Below are positions 38,064 to 51,690 of a stretch of 64,000 nucleotides of DNA, one piece after another (the first letter of the stretch is position 1; each line of letters opens with the position of its first letter). Source of the stretch: Camelus dromedarius (lineage: Eukaryota); NCBI RefSeq assembly GCF_036321535.1, contig NC_087436.1, forward strand, positions 109,184,001-109,248,000, read 5' to 3'. The translations under genes were made by a program, and so were the position numbers. The notes beneath the pieces are model-generated. The model had not been told where the DNA came from. It saw only the letters and a program-made list of their open reading frames with translations, and searched no databases.

Positions 38064-40299
38064 GTATATATATATATATAAACATCTTTATTTGTCCCTA
38101 GATGGACACTTAGGTTGTTTCCATATCTTGGCTATTCTAAATAATATTGGAAGGAACACAGACATAGGGGTGCATGTCTTTTTGAATTAGTGTTTTTGTA
38201 CTCTTCGAATAAACACCCAGAAGTGGAATAGCTGGATCATATGGTGGTTCTATTCTCAATTTTTTGAGGACTCTGTATTGTTTTCCACAGTGGCTGCACC
38301 AATGTACACCCCCACCAACAGTGTGTAAGGGTTCTCTTTTTTCCACATTTTCTCCAACACTTATTATTCCTTGTCTTTTTGATAACAGTCCTTCTAAAGG
38401 GTGTGAGGTAATATCTTATTGTGGTTTTGATTTATATTTCCATAATAACTAGTGATGTTGAACATCCTTCCACATGCCTGTTGGCCATCTGTATGCTCAA
38501 GTCAATTTTCAACTTTGTTTTGTTACTGTTGAGTTGTATGCGTTCTTCATGCTTTTTTGGATCTTGAGCCCTTATTGGATCCATGATTTGCAAACGTGCT
38601 CTCCCATTTGGTAGGCTGTCTTTTCATTTTAGTTTTTCTGGGAAAGGCTTTATTTTTTTTCTTAATATCTGAAGATACCTTTGCTGGGTGCCTTCTTGGC
38701 TGACAGTTTTTACCTTTCAATATTTTAAGTATATCATTCAACTCTTTCTTGGCCTATAGAGTTTCTGTTGAGAAATATGCTGACAGGTTGATGGAGGGTC
38801 CTTTGTAGGTTACTATCTTTTTTTTTTTTTTCCTGTGTGCCTTTAAAATTCTTTGTCACTGACTTTGGACAATTTTCATATTACATGTTTTGGAGAAGGT
38901 CTTTTGCACTGATGTAATCAGGCGCTCTCTTAGCTTCATGGACTTGTGTGATCCAGGTTCTTCCCCAGGTTTGGGAAGTTCTCAGTGATTATTCCTTTAG
39001 ATGAATGCTCTGCTCCCCTGTTCCTCTCTTCTCCTTCTGGGACACCCATCATCCCTACATTGCCTTTCCTAATGGAGTCGAATAGTTCTCATTAACATTT
39101 GTTTATTAAAAAAAAACCTCAGTTCTCTCTCCTCATCTATCTGAATCAGTTCTATATTTCTATCTTTGAGCTCACCAATTCTCTCTTTCATACGATCTGC
39201 TCTATTTACAATGCTTTCTAAGACAGTCTTCATCTCCTGTAATGAATTCTTCAGCTCCAAATTTCTGTTTAGTTCTTTTTTAGCGTTTCAATCTTTTCGG
39301 GAAAGTATCCCTTCTGTTCATTATTCCTGCACTCCTTGAACTTCCTGTATGAGTTTTCTTGTAACTACTGAGTTTCCTCATGACAACTATTTTGAATTCT
39401 CCATCAGTTAGACTGCAATGTTCTATGACTTTAAGTTGGGTTCCTGGAGAAATGTCATTTCCATTTTGCGACATAATGTTACTGTGGTTTTTCACGGTGC
39501 TTGATGAATTGTTCCCCTGCCTACATATTTGAAGTAGCAAACACTTCTCTTATTTAGGTAAAGCTTTTTAAATTTTGATTCTAATAATTTGACAGATTGG
39601 CGATTAGAGGCCCTTCTTTTGTTTTGCAGTAGGTGGTGCTACAGCACAAGTTTCTGGTTTCCTACCTGAGCAGCCTCTGGCTCCATTTGACAGTCGGCAC
39701 TTTGCACCCTCTCCTGCCTCTGCCAGTGGTGTTGCCAGTGCCCTTCTTGTGGCTGCTCATGCCTTTAGGGTCATTGGTGCCTGGCTGTTGCCTACGGCCA
39801 GTGTCGCTGTTGTCATCCCACTGGGATGGCAGGTGTCCCCACCACAACAGGGGGTGGGGTCGCACGGAGGGAGCCAGGAGTGCTTCAGGGATGCTGTATG
39901 TGTGGGTGCCACTGCTGCAGGCAGAGGGACCAGAGTTACGGGTGCTGCTGCAGCTGGAGGAACTGGGGTCACAGGCCCCACCATCACTGACGCCTGGTTC
40001 CTTTAGGCCATGGACGCTGCTGCAGCTGGGAAGCCGGAATCCTGTGTACTGCTTCCCCAGCTACTATTGGATTCTACGGCCGGGGGGCGGGGGGAAGTCA
40101 CAGCCACCACCTCAGCTGCTCCCCCAGCTTGCCTCCTCTTTGTGCTCTGGTTTATTTACCTTCAGATGTACAGATGTGCGGATCTCCCCAGTGTGCTGGG
40201 CAGAGGAGACTCTGTTGAGACATGAGTGTTTTACCAGTTGTAGATTGAAAGGGAGAGACAGAGAGCACCTCCTACCGCCAAGATGCCGACCTTCCCCGA
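37621..40299 (-). mobile_element. L1 retaining its 5'UTR, most of ORF1, the ORF2 end and the 3'UTR, with a large internal deletion
   Basis: GC-rich 5'UTR at ~39600-40299; ORF1 coiled-coil (MELKNSLQEMKTVLESIVNRADRMKERIGELKDR); ORF1/ORF2 junction at ~38635; poly-T at 37616; duplicated ggcaaac(ac)ttttt flanks. Confidence 0.9.
37997..38080. repeat. Compound (TG/CG)n-(CA)n-(TA)n microsatellite
   Basis: 84 bp of uninterrupted pyrimidine-purine alternation. Confidence 0.95.
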
Positions 40300-42919
40300 G
40301 GCAAACTTTTTCTGAAAAGAACCACTTAGTGTGTTAGGCTTTGTGGGCAATGCAATCTTTGTAGAAACTACTAACCTATGTTATTGTAGAACTAAAACAG
40401 ACAGAGGAAATGCATAAATGGATTGGTGTGGCTGGGTTTGGCCCACAGCAGCTGGATTTTTGTTTGCATGCCATATTTTGCCAACGCCTGCTATAAACTA
40501 CGGGGATCTCAAAAGCCAGAAGCAAAGGAACCTCTGACCTTTCACAGACTGTATGAGCATTACCATCCCAAAACAGCCGTACCTTGGTGGACAAGGACAG
40601 AAGATATTTGGGAACAATACAAAGCATTGTATCCAGACACCACCAGACAATACCTCTGCTCCCAGAAGAAATCAATGGGGACAAACACAGCACACAGACC
40701 AGAGGCACCTTGCACTCTGACTACAGAACATGTGGATCTACCCCTTCTCTCAGGGCCACTTTGGGGAGAAAACAGAAGGAGCACGGACTCATTGACAGAA
40801 GACACATTCCTGACCAGTCAACTTCAAACTGACTGAGGATTTAGTCTACTGCAATTGAACTCATGTGAAAGAGACTAGTATAAACCAAAGGTGGCTGAAT
40901 AACTCTATTTAGCAAAGTTACTTTCTCTCTCCATCACTTTGGGCAGGATGCAACTACTGACAAATAAAACAATTTTTTTTTATATATCTGAATGTGATGT
41001 ATAAATATCTACCCACTACAGGAGAAAAAAAAATCATTTCTGTCATCCTGTAAGTATGCAGCAGACCTCCCAAAACTGGAGTCAGGATATAAAACACTTC
41101 CTTAGAGCCTACGATGTCAAAAGTAAGGATTCCCTCAATTCCTCATATTTACTGCTCTCAGAGCACCTGTCAAATTTTATCATGAGCCTTTTTTAACTTT
41201 TAAAAATTCCCACCACTAAAACAAATGCCTCAATTATATAAATTACTTAAAGTAGTTTTCTAGATCCCGGAAAAGACCCAGGGCACAGAAGAGGTGTTTA
41301 AATGTTATGTTGAATTTATTTGGATTGATTTTTCCTTGACTAGAATTACAGTTATTGCTGTGAAACATCCTCATTAACTTGTTCCAGGGGCACATTTTGA
41401 GCACTGACTGCAGTATAGAGAGATTGTTGTAGTTTACTACAAACCCATACAATTATTCTTAATTAATTTCTAAAAAGGCCAAAAATTGTGTTTAAAATTT
41501 CTTTCCAGGAGACTGTGGAGAACTTTCGTCTGAGTCAGTCTGCAAAATGACAAGTTTTAGAAATTCTCTTCCATGTCTCCTTCCATGCTACTCCCCGCTC
41601 TTTTTCTATCTCATCACACCATTTCAAAAATCAGAAAAAAAACGATACAGAACTGGATTATATAAGTGATTTCAGCTTAGCTAAAGAGTCCCATTAAAAG
41701 TTCCTCAGCTTCAAGAATCAGGTTTAGAGAAGGGCATAAAACATGGACACAAAATCTGTCAAGTAAGACTTCTCATTGTAACAGCATCAAGTTTTCAAGA
41801 ATGGAAAAAAAAAAAAAAGGGAGAAAGTGAGAAAAAGAGTAGTGTTATCTGCCTTCCATTGCAAACCAATCAATCTTTAAAAGAAAACTAAGAGGAATGC
41901 TGTTCCCGGGCAGGCCCACTGAAATAAGTTCCAAGTCTCATTACCCCTACAAGAATGGGCTGAATGGACGCAGCCTTGGGAAGCGTTTCCAGACAGATTC
42001 AACCTGCTTTCTGGAGAGATAATGACCAGGTGCAGCAGTGACAAAGAGGGAACCAGGCTTCAAGTTCACCCTTCCCTCATCCCAAACACTGATGGCAAAA
42101 GACAGAGCGCGATGGCCGTGAACCTTTCAGGGGCCTTTCATGAACTGAGTTATTCAAGGCAAATGGAAAAAAAAAAATCAGGAGAAATAAATGCTGAAAT
42201 CTTTCACGCCAGCAGGCTTCTGAATCAGTCAACAGGATAACAGAAATAAAGTGTGTAAATATAAAGTTATTTTATTTGGAGTTACATGCTTGTGTTTAGG
42301 ATGTTTTTTGAGAGACCTAAAAATGTATCAAATGGCTCGCTACTTGGTTTAAAATCAAGGAGGTTAAATACCTGAATTCATTTTCTCATATTTCCATAAG
42401 CCAGCGTTGGATACAACACTATATAGTTGTATAGGAAGCTTTAAGGAAACAAATGGTTCCCTGAATATATTTCACTTGCTAACTACGTCATCACCTGTTA
42501 TTTTCTCTATCAGAGTAACGTTTTCATTACGTTTAGAGAAAAACACCTCAATTCTCGTCACTAAAAGAATACGACACCTTCCACTTTGTGCCCTGGCACA
42601 GAGGAGGCACTCAGCAAACACTGCTGAAAGAAAAGAAGGTGAGATAACATATTTTTTGGATGTGATTTTGGGTTGAAATTTCTTATTAAAAGAAAACTGA
42701 CTAATCTACCGGGAATTTGTATGGATTCAAAATACAAAATGGCACTGCATGATCTAAACACAGCTTGTGAACCACTGAGATGCTACCTGGGTTTCTCCTC
42801 CTGTTTATGGGTCAGCTCAGCTCTTCTCTTATCCTACCTTTCCATTCACTCCTTCAAGCACTTACTGGGCTCCCACTTCCTTTGTCAGAGGCAGACACAC
42901 GGAGGGACAAAACGATAGG

Positions 42920-43512
42920 AAAAACACCAGCTATTATTTTGCCTGCACAGCACTTACCCCCAACATCCCACATGGTTGTGGCGGGACCATCAGTTACAGT
43001 TCTCTCTACCCCTGGGCCAGCAGAATGGTCACATGATATCCGCCTAGCCAATCTTAATATTCTAATCTCCTCCACAGTGATTGGTTAAAGGATGGAAACG
43101 TGGCCAATCAAGGCTCATCATATTTCTTTCAGAAACATTTGGCAAATGCACTTGGGAGCAAGAGGGGCTCCCTGACTCTGTCATAATAAAAAACCAGGCA
43201 AGTTAAGAGCCACAAATAGCTACATTTTCCACAATGTGTTGAGAACCTATTTCAGAATGGAGCAAAACAGAGGAAAGTAGAATAAAGGATATGAGAGACA
43301 GAGGAGTCAGGAGAGGGAGAAGGGGCGGGGAGGGAGAGGGATGAGCCTGAGAATGAGGACAGACACATGGGATACCAAGGGGCACGTCATTTCAGCCTCT
43401 GGTTCCACACATGCCTGAAGCCAGCAAATCCTCGGACTTCCAAATGAAAAAAATGAGTTATGAAAGAAACTAGTTTAAATTATTTTTTGACACCTGCAAC
43501 TGAAAGAGTCAT
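42920..43512 (+). mobile_element. ERVL LTR (LTR16-like)
   Basis: ccacagtgattggttaaaggatgg, acagaggaaagtag, catgcctgaagccag, cctgcaactgaaagagtc. Confidence 0.75.
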
Positions 43513-43779
43513 ATAGTCTTCAACTCAAGATTAAGGCACAGCTTCACATAGCTAGTTACAGGTACTCTGCCTTGTGTTATGAAGGTTTAAGAAGTGATAC
43601 TGTACAGGGAAACATGAAGAACAGCTGGTGGGCCCTCAGTCAGAACCGGAGAAAATGGGCAGCCGGTCCACAAGATGTGGGTGAAAGGCACAAGAGAGAC
43701 GACAGAAAGACCTTTCCAAATAGAGGGATGCACGTGAGTGAGAGGCAGTTGTGGGAATGGGTTCATTCAATGACCCCAT

Positions 43780-44218
43780 CCCCACTCGCACTTCCTCCTC
43801 CTTAGCCACCTTCCAGTAGGGACAGCCATGGCAGAGTGTTGGCCAAAGACATGTGAACCGAAGACTGCTTGGGTAGGTCTTCTACTTTACAGAAAAAACA
43901 AAAAACCACAAACTGGCACAGTCCTTTACTTTTGCTCTTTTCCACTTAACACTTTTCCTTGCCTGGAATATGGATGAAAAGTTGGAGGCACAGCAGTCAC
44001 ACTGTGAATACGAGGTGATAATCCTGAGGACAAAAGCCAACATACTAAAGATGGTGAAGCAGAAAGGCAGAAAGAGCCTGGGTCCCTCAAGTCACTGCTG
44101 AGGATTTACATTAGCCCTGAACTGCTGGCCTACCTCTAGACTTTTCTTATACAAATACCAATAGTTTAAGACTTGGCAGTTGTATGCTGTGTTACATGAA
44201 TCATTCTTAACTGATATA
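43780..44218 (+). mobile_element. ERVL LTR (LTR33-like)
   Basis: gcctggaatatggatg...aaagccaacatactaaagatgg...gaaagagcctgggtccct...cctacctctagactt. Confidence 0.78.
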
Positions 44219-47200
44219 GGGATGTTAGAAATTACAGAACATGTATGAGAAAAAAATTAGAGCTGATATCCAGCAGTTAAACATTTATAGGGTGTATGAA
44301 TGTATGTTCTGAATAGCTGGTATCTGTGCTGAACCTGTCATTAAGCAATCAGAGAATAACAAAAAGTTCAGTCAGCTGAGGAGCATGAAGCAGTGAGAGT
44401 TCAAGTTGGAAACTTCACTAGAACTAGGACTTCACTTGGACTGGGTTTTGGAGGACCTGAAATATCACTCTATGGAGGAGAATTTTATTTGGTAGAGAAC
44501 ATATAAAATTGCATATATACATGTAGATGAAACATGCTATACTGATGAGTTAATCAAATGCAATACTGAGAACAACTCTCAGAAATTCTGTGACGTCAGC
44601 ATGTAAATTAGGAGGAACTTCAGAGTATACTGCAGTTAATGGTTTGATTTTGTGACCTCCTAGAACTCAATTCACCCCTGAACGTTTATTTTAAAATTGA
44701 ACTTAAGAAGTTATAAAATTCATAGCCTGGAATTAGTTATTAGATCATTGAAAACACCTGGCTTCTCATAGCAGCTATTTGCTTGTACTGGCTAATTTAC
44801 ATATATGAGTGAGAGAAAATGAAGTTCAAGTTTTTCTCAAAATAACCTTCAGAATAGGAAAATGTTTTACATGAAACAATTTTCAATATAATTACACAAA
44901 ATGGCAGTTAAGCTATTAAGCATAAAAATTTTGCAATTAGAGAAAAATGGAAACTAGAAAGCAAACTTTGATAAGATGGTTACTGCCTGAATTTTAGGTT
45001 GTACCACTTAGTTTGATTTAAGAATTTTTTAGATTTTCTTATTCTTAATTATCTGCTAACATGATCAACTGGGCAGTTAAGTTTTCTTTTCCTCTTTGCA
45101 GTGAAGAGCTAGCTGGTGAACCGTTCAGCTATCCCGAAATGCAGACCCTTTGTTTTTCAATTATTTGAATCATCATTGAAAATGAGCTCTTACAGAAGTG
45201 CAGGGGGACAGGATACATGAAGCTGGCCTCCTTGATGCATTTTTCCATTTGCAAGGACTCCATGGGATGCACATGCTCCATTCTGAAATTTCTCTAAGTG
45301 TAAAGTCTACTTCTCAGAATAAACCATTTAAGCACAAGCTGACAGGCATAATACCCTCATGGACAGAGAGCAAAGACCAACTTTCCCCTCCTTGTTCCCT
45401 TCAAGTTGAAAAATCAATGGAAGACGGCCTTTCTGAACTGATTTTTTTAACAAGAAAATAACTTTCACTTTTGCTAACTTAAAATAGAAATGGGGGAACA
45501 CTAATTCAAAATACTTTTGCAAATGTTGAAGAAAAAATAGTTTTTCCTCTGCCTTTTCCAGTTCACAGAAATCTTTTCAAAGACAGAAATAATTCCAGCT
45601 CATTAAAATCTATACGCTATAATGATCCATTCTCTTATAATTTGTTGTAGGAAAATACATGCTGCCTATATGTTATCCATCAGGATTTATGTTTAAATAT
45701 TCCCTTTCTGGACTTCACGGAAGTGAACTGATTTCCTTATTCATAAACTTGATTCATAAAGCTTTTAAGTCGGCACAGGAAGTTTGTGCGTCTGTTCGTG
45801 GATTTCTTTTCTTTTTTTTTCTTTTGAGGGGTGCAGTCTTTCTGGAAGATCTTTCATTTTATTGATTGCAGCTTTATATTATTATTATTATTGTTATCAT
45901 TAGCTTACCTCAGATTTCCAAAAGAACTCTGATTAGGAATACATTGCTGTGTTGTAAGAATTTACCCGAACTAAAAGCCCAGTGGAAAACAGGTGGGCCT
46001 ACTTTTACGTATCACCATGGGACGGAAGTGAAACCCAAGGACAGAAACAATGTTAAGCAAAAGTAAATGCAAATTCTCCCCAAGTTATTCTCCTTGTCTG
46101 CAGAAATAATTATGGTAAGGAAGACACAGTACGATAGTTTAAATTATCGCTGCAGATTAATGAAATATACCTTTTCTTTCTCTTGTTTTCAAAATGGCAT
46201 TCAAAATGGCTTAATCGTATTTTTACTTTTTGCTCTATATGTTAAAGATCATACACATGTTTCAAGTTAAGAAAATGAAATAAATCCCAAATATTTGTAT
46301 TCTCTTATTTTAATGTCATGATTATTCACTTGATATTTACTTTTTCTTGAGACTCAGTATACTTTACCCATTTAATAACAGATAGTTTTGAATAGACATC
46401 TGAGGCAGAATATAGTTCAAGGGTTTATTTTTATTTTATTGTTTTATTATCAGGGTTTAATCAAACATAAGTGCTGTTATTTTTCCAATATCTGAAGGTG
46501 TACTTAACCTACAGACCAAGTACCAAAGCAACTTCTCAACATTAAAACCTCTCCTTTAAATACTTTCGTTTCTCTTGGAAAATGAATTTTTAAAGGAGAC
46601 ATTTTAATATTAACAAAAACGCTGTCAATGTTTAAGTTCTAAAGGAGAAGTGTGTGGTTAAAATAAATTAATCTATAAAAATTAATTAGAAAAGCAAAAT
46701 CTTCAGGATCAAGTTTCAGAAAAAATATATGTTTATACGTATTTTAGATATAGTTTTAGATATAAAAATATCTAATTATAAGAGAATATGTGCATTGCTA
46801 GGGACTAAAAAAATTACAAAAGTTTACAAAACAAAATGCAAAGAATTAAAACATACCACTCTCAGATTATAAAAATGTAACTGAAATGTATGTAACCCAC
46901 ATCAAAATTAGGACAATCTGTAAATCTGCTTAGAAAATTAAACCATGAAAAACAAGCTGTTCTTTTTTTTTAACCTCCAAATCCTCCAGATCCAGTAAAT
47001 GTATTCAGTCAGAGCCCCTCATTTCTCAAGCACCTGATACCCTTACTCCATCCCCTTGAGATTTCGCAAAGTGTCCTTGTTATGGTCCTCTGCCTCTCCC
47101 CTCACCACCCACCAGTCCTGGGCTCCAAGCCCCACCAAAAGTGTTAAGTTAGGTAAATAGAACCAGCTTTAGTAAGATGGCTTCAATCTTCAAGAGAAAT

Positions 47201-48364
47201 CAGCACGTCCTTTGTTCTGGTTTTATAATCTCACCAAGTGTAGATTCAGGCTCTCCCACCTGCCTCAGGGAAGGTGTCCTCTAAGGTGGGACAGGAGAGG
47301 GGGAAGGAGGGAGGGGAGGAGGGGGAGGCATATGCTAATTAGGCTGTCCCTGGGAAAGTCCTTTTAATCAGGAGAAACCAGCGATTTATTCAATCTTTCT
47401 TTCTTAATGTTTTCTTAAAAAGAAAACAAACAAAAAAAATCATGGATAGTGTATTTTGAGTCAAGATTGAAAATCCCATTGAAGTTTCTGAATATGCTTA
47501 TTAAGAAAAACTATTGAGAGAAATCTAAATTTCTTACTCAAAAAAATGTTTTTCTGTTATAGAGTCTTTAAAGGGTGCATATGATCTACGTTAAAATTAA
47601 GAACTGTATTTTCAAGTACTATGCATTCGATCAGGAAGGACCAAAATTTTTAATGCACTGGTACTTAGTAGCTAATACTTTTGCTTATACATTTGGATTT
47701 AACAATATTGCTGACATTAATGAAGTGATCTGCACAAGTTCTAGAAAGATCCTGAAATCTAAAATTGCAAATGCTCTGTTGGAGTTTTCTTCTTTTTCAT
47801 CCTAAGTACTTTAAATATTTAAGGGTAAAAATACAGTTAATTGTTTTTTTTCCTTTTCAGAAACAATCTGTTTTTCCATTTTGAACAAAGACCTTACTAG
47901 TATGTGTCAACTCAGATTGATTACTTGTGAGTTCAAATCATGTCAATCAAACCATCAAGGCCTGATGTTTGTGAAAATGTCACCCTCCTTGACTTAAGTT
48001 CGTAAAAGATTTAAAAGGGGAAATAATCATTTGTACAGTACAACAAAGTACATTTGCATTCCCAGAGCCAAGGTCTACGTAACTCCTCAAAGCTGCAAAC
48101 AACTCACATCTCCCCTTCTTAAGAGGGAACATCTTTGATTCTAGTAAAAAGGCTATAGCATATAATATGTAAATAATATATTTCCAAAGTGTTTCATATG
48201 GGCTTAGTTTTATTAAATAAAATTGTGTTCTAAATTCACCCTTTGTGGTTTTTGAAAATTAGAAAAAAAAACCTTTTAGATCCTTCTTTTATAGGAATGC
48301 AAATGCTAGCATCCACTGCTAGCTTAATATATACGGAGACTCCAGTGCCTATTTGTTGATTAGT

Positions 48365-48530
48365 TAGTTGGTTGGATGTTTGTATAGATAGATAACTGGA
48401 GGAACAGTTGGATGGATGGATGGATAATGGCTGGAAGAACTGAAAGGAAGGAGGGTAGGGGGGAACCAGGAGGGAGGAAGAAAGAAAGGAAGGAAGGAAA
48501 GGAGAGAGGAAGGAAGAAGAAAAGGAAGGT
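48365..48530. repeat. (GGAT)/(GGAA)-type purine-rich simple repeat
   Basis: Directly visible. Confidence 0.8.
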
Positions 48531-48859
48531 CAGGCTCTAATAATGACACCTGATATATAAAATGGATATACCTGGAGTGAATAGTGATGAAGATATGATG
48601 TTCTTCAAGGAATTCCTGGGGATCCTCGGGGTACCATTTGAAAACCACTCACCTAAGGAGCCTTTATATTAATAAATCTACTGTGGTTTAAAATAAATAA
48701 TAACCTGTAAAAATTAAGAATAGCCTCCTAAAGGAAATAAAATATCGAATACTGAACATGCTGATTATCATTTGTTAATCAGCTCTGGTTATCAATTACT
48801 GAGATCTTTGGTTAATATAAAATGAGAATATAGATTCATTTTTGCACCATAAATTTAAT

Positions 48860-49005
48860 GTTGGGCAAGTTTCTTAAACTCTCTATCCCTCAATTTCTCT
48901 GTTCATAGAATGGGGATGATAGCTCACAGGGTGACTGTAAAAATTATAGTTCATGCATGCAGTGTGTTTACAACAGTACCTAGCACCTAGTAAGTACTCA
49001 AACAA
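48860..49005 (+). mobile_element. MIR SINE
   Basis: ttgggcaagtttcttaaactctct...aacagtacctagcacctagtaagtactcaa. Confidence 0.8.
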
Positions 49006-50407
49006 ACAAACAAACAAAAGACACCGTCCCTTACAGCTATGATTGCTCTTAAGGGCTTGGAATATGCCATGCACAATTCTTAGTAAATTATATTAACAAA
49101 TCGAACTTAACCTACTCTATAAATTCTGGCTTTAACTTATCACATATACTTTTATCTAATTTACATGATTTTTATAATTTTGTTGACGTCTCCTACTACT
49201 CTGAGACACAACATTTCCTGTAAAGAAGATGATGAAGAAGTGAAAGTTACTGTCCCTAAGGATTCACTGTACAAAGAAAACCCATTTCCGAAGCAAATTA
49301 AAATTTACAAAGTATTTTCACACTGAGTTCACAATGCGTAGAAAAAGCCTATTTCTCAAAAAAGGAATAAAATCATTATCCCTATTTTATAAAAGAGGAC
49401 CCTGAGGTCCTGAATGTTTAAACAAGCTACCAAAGGTCATAAAACATTCAAAACTCTGGGATTTACTTTCGTTGAAGTTACATTAATTAAAAAAACAAAA
49501 ACAAAAACCTGTTATGCCATTCAAGTATTCCTTTTTATTTCCTTCCTTCTTTCTTTCCTTTTAAAAAAACAACCTGTCAAAAGGAAGGCATATATCCATA
49601 ATTTGGAGTCCTGGGGTTCTCATGGTAAAGCCTTCCTGGGTTTGTCTGGGATGAAATGAGCTGGTAAAACCATTTAGAAGTTCCAAGAGGGCAGATAGAA
49701 CCAAAATGTGAAATGCCTTCCCTTCCACTTTCAGACACAACTAAAACTCTCGCCAATGTATAACATGTCTTCTATTCAGTTCAATGGAGGAGAGATACAA
49801 CTAATCGGTATCAAATTAATGTTAGTTTTTCTTTCTTCCTAGTAGGAGGACTTAATGCAGAGGAAAAGTGAGGAGTTAATACAACTTTCCTATGTGTATC
49901 TTTCATTCAGGGGAGCTTGACGTAAGTAAAGACAGGGATGAGCAGAGAGTAGCGTCAGAGGACAGAAGCGAGAGGAGAAAACGAAGAATTCCTTTTCACA
50001 CCTAAGTATTACCCCTTTCCTCCGCGGTGCTGCTCACCGAATCCTCCTCTCTCCCACTGAGTACCTCATCTTCACATCCTCGCTAAAGCACAGTCCCACT
50101 CTTGGGAAGAACCATCTCATTTCACTTTCTCATTCTAATAAGCCATCTCCATCCTACCATGTTAAATCCTGCTTCAGGTCTTTAAAGGTCTGCTAAACAT
50201 GTGATCAGGATGTCACAGATGACTTTTCCTTACTGCCTCCACAAATGGATTCATTCACTAAAAAACAAATAAATTAAAAATAAAAGCTGAGTGCCTTGTG
50301 TAGTGAACACTAGGTTCCTAAGATTTTTTTTTTATGAGAAACATGTGTGTATTTTATTAGTGCTAGAACGTTCTCTCTCATTTCCTCATTATAAAAGCCA
50401 GTGAGTT

Positions 50408-50498
50408 TGGAGTTTTGTCAAAATGTTAAATATAGACTTACCATATGATCCAGCAATTCCATTCCTAGGTATAAATCTAAAAGAATTAAAAGCAAGAC
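50408..50498 (+). mobile_element. Short L1 ORF2-end fragment
   Basis: ttaccatatgatccagcaattccattcctaggtata (LPYDPAIPFLGI). Confidence 0.8.
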
Positions 50499-50999
50499 AT
50501 GGATTTTTTTTTTTTTTTTTGTAAATATATGGAAGACATTGAGTCAAGATTTCTGAGTCTCTCTTCTTTGGTCTTATTCATATGCTTGGTTCAAGCCCTA
50601 AGCACTGGTTGTATAGAGCCTAAGATCTTGAAGTGAAGGTAATATTTTTACCAATGTTACTGACTCTAATCTCTCTCCCTTTACCGTATTCTCTTGAGTA
50701 CTACAAATGCAATCTTTCCAACATATGAATCTGTATATTTTTGGTCTATAATTAATAAATGACTTATAGATCTCCTCTTTATCCAACAAGGTGGCATGTG
50801 AATACCTGAGCACGTCATTCAAGGCACTTTGGGATACTGGCCTCATGGACAGTAACCAGAACCCTCTCCTGACTCACCAAAACACATTCTTTGGTAGCTC
50901 CGTGGAGTTGCTCATCAACCCATCTCTGCCTTTGCACCCACATGAAATCTCCCTCATCTCTTTCCTCCTGGGTAAACACATCCTTCCAGACCCTCCTCA

Positions 51000-51690
51000 A
51001 ATGTTATTCCTCACTGAAGCCATCCATGCGCCCACAGCACATTATACCCTGACTTCACGATGACCACAGTGGGTTATAAAGACTTTTCAGGGTTGTGATT
51101 TTCATGGGTAGGAGTTCCATGGGGGCAGAGACCACGTCTTAACTTATTTTTATATCTCTTACTGTGGGCTTGGCGCATGATGGTCCTCAAAGGTCCAGAG
51201 TATTTTTCCTGGTTTCCATGGAAATCTCAGAATATCTATTAATCCTCATGCCATGTCTGTTAAAAGCTCAAAATGTGTGGCCCAATTTTACAGAAACTTT
51301 AATGGTGCCCTGGTTGTGGTGGTGGTTGTTTTTCACATAGTGAATGTGTTATTCTTTAGTATGTTACTGATGGGAACGATCCAAATCCCTGGCGCTTAGC
51401 TTATCCATCCTTCAGGTGATTACTTTATATGTCACCAGAGACATCATCTGTTCCCTTATTAAGGAGGAAGTTGGAGGCGTAGCAGGAAAGTATTTCCTCT
51501 GGAATTAGAAATGACTGGGAGAAGTCTGAGTTTAATTAACTTCAAGGAGCTTGAGTTCCTCAATTTGTAAAATGAGAACAAAGCCACCTAAGCCATAGGA
51601 CCTTTCCTAGGACTGAGTGCAGTGAAATATGTAAAGCACCCTGGAGATGGACTGTCTCACTCAGTCAGAGTAAGTGCTTGAACTCATTCT
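51000..51690 (+). mobile_element. L2 3' fragment (~51000-51190) and MIR (~51480-51690)
   Basis: gagttccatgggggcagagaccacgtctta; gttcctcaatttgtaaaatgagaa...atatgtaaagcacc. Confidence 0.6.

Larger units (their letters stand above)
37599..40490 (+). mobile_element. MER58A hAT MITE split by an L1
   Basis: Left TIR cagaggttggcaaac (37599); the remainder at 40300-40490 reads ggcaaactttttctg...ttaggctttgtgggc...ttgccaacgcctg. Confidence 0.8.

Noticed and set aside
39633..40337. Longest ORF (234 aa, + strand)
   Set aside because: It lies antisense within the GC-rich L1 5'UTR and runs into MER58; there are no protein family features, and GC richness explains the lack of stops.
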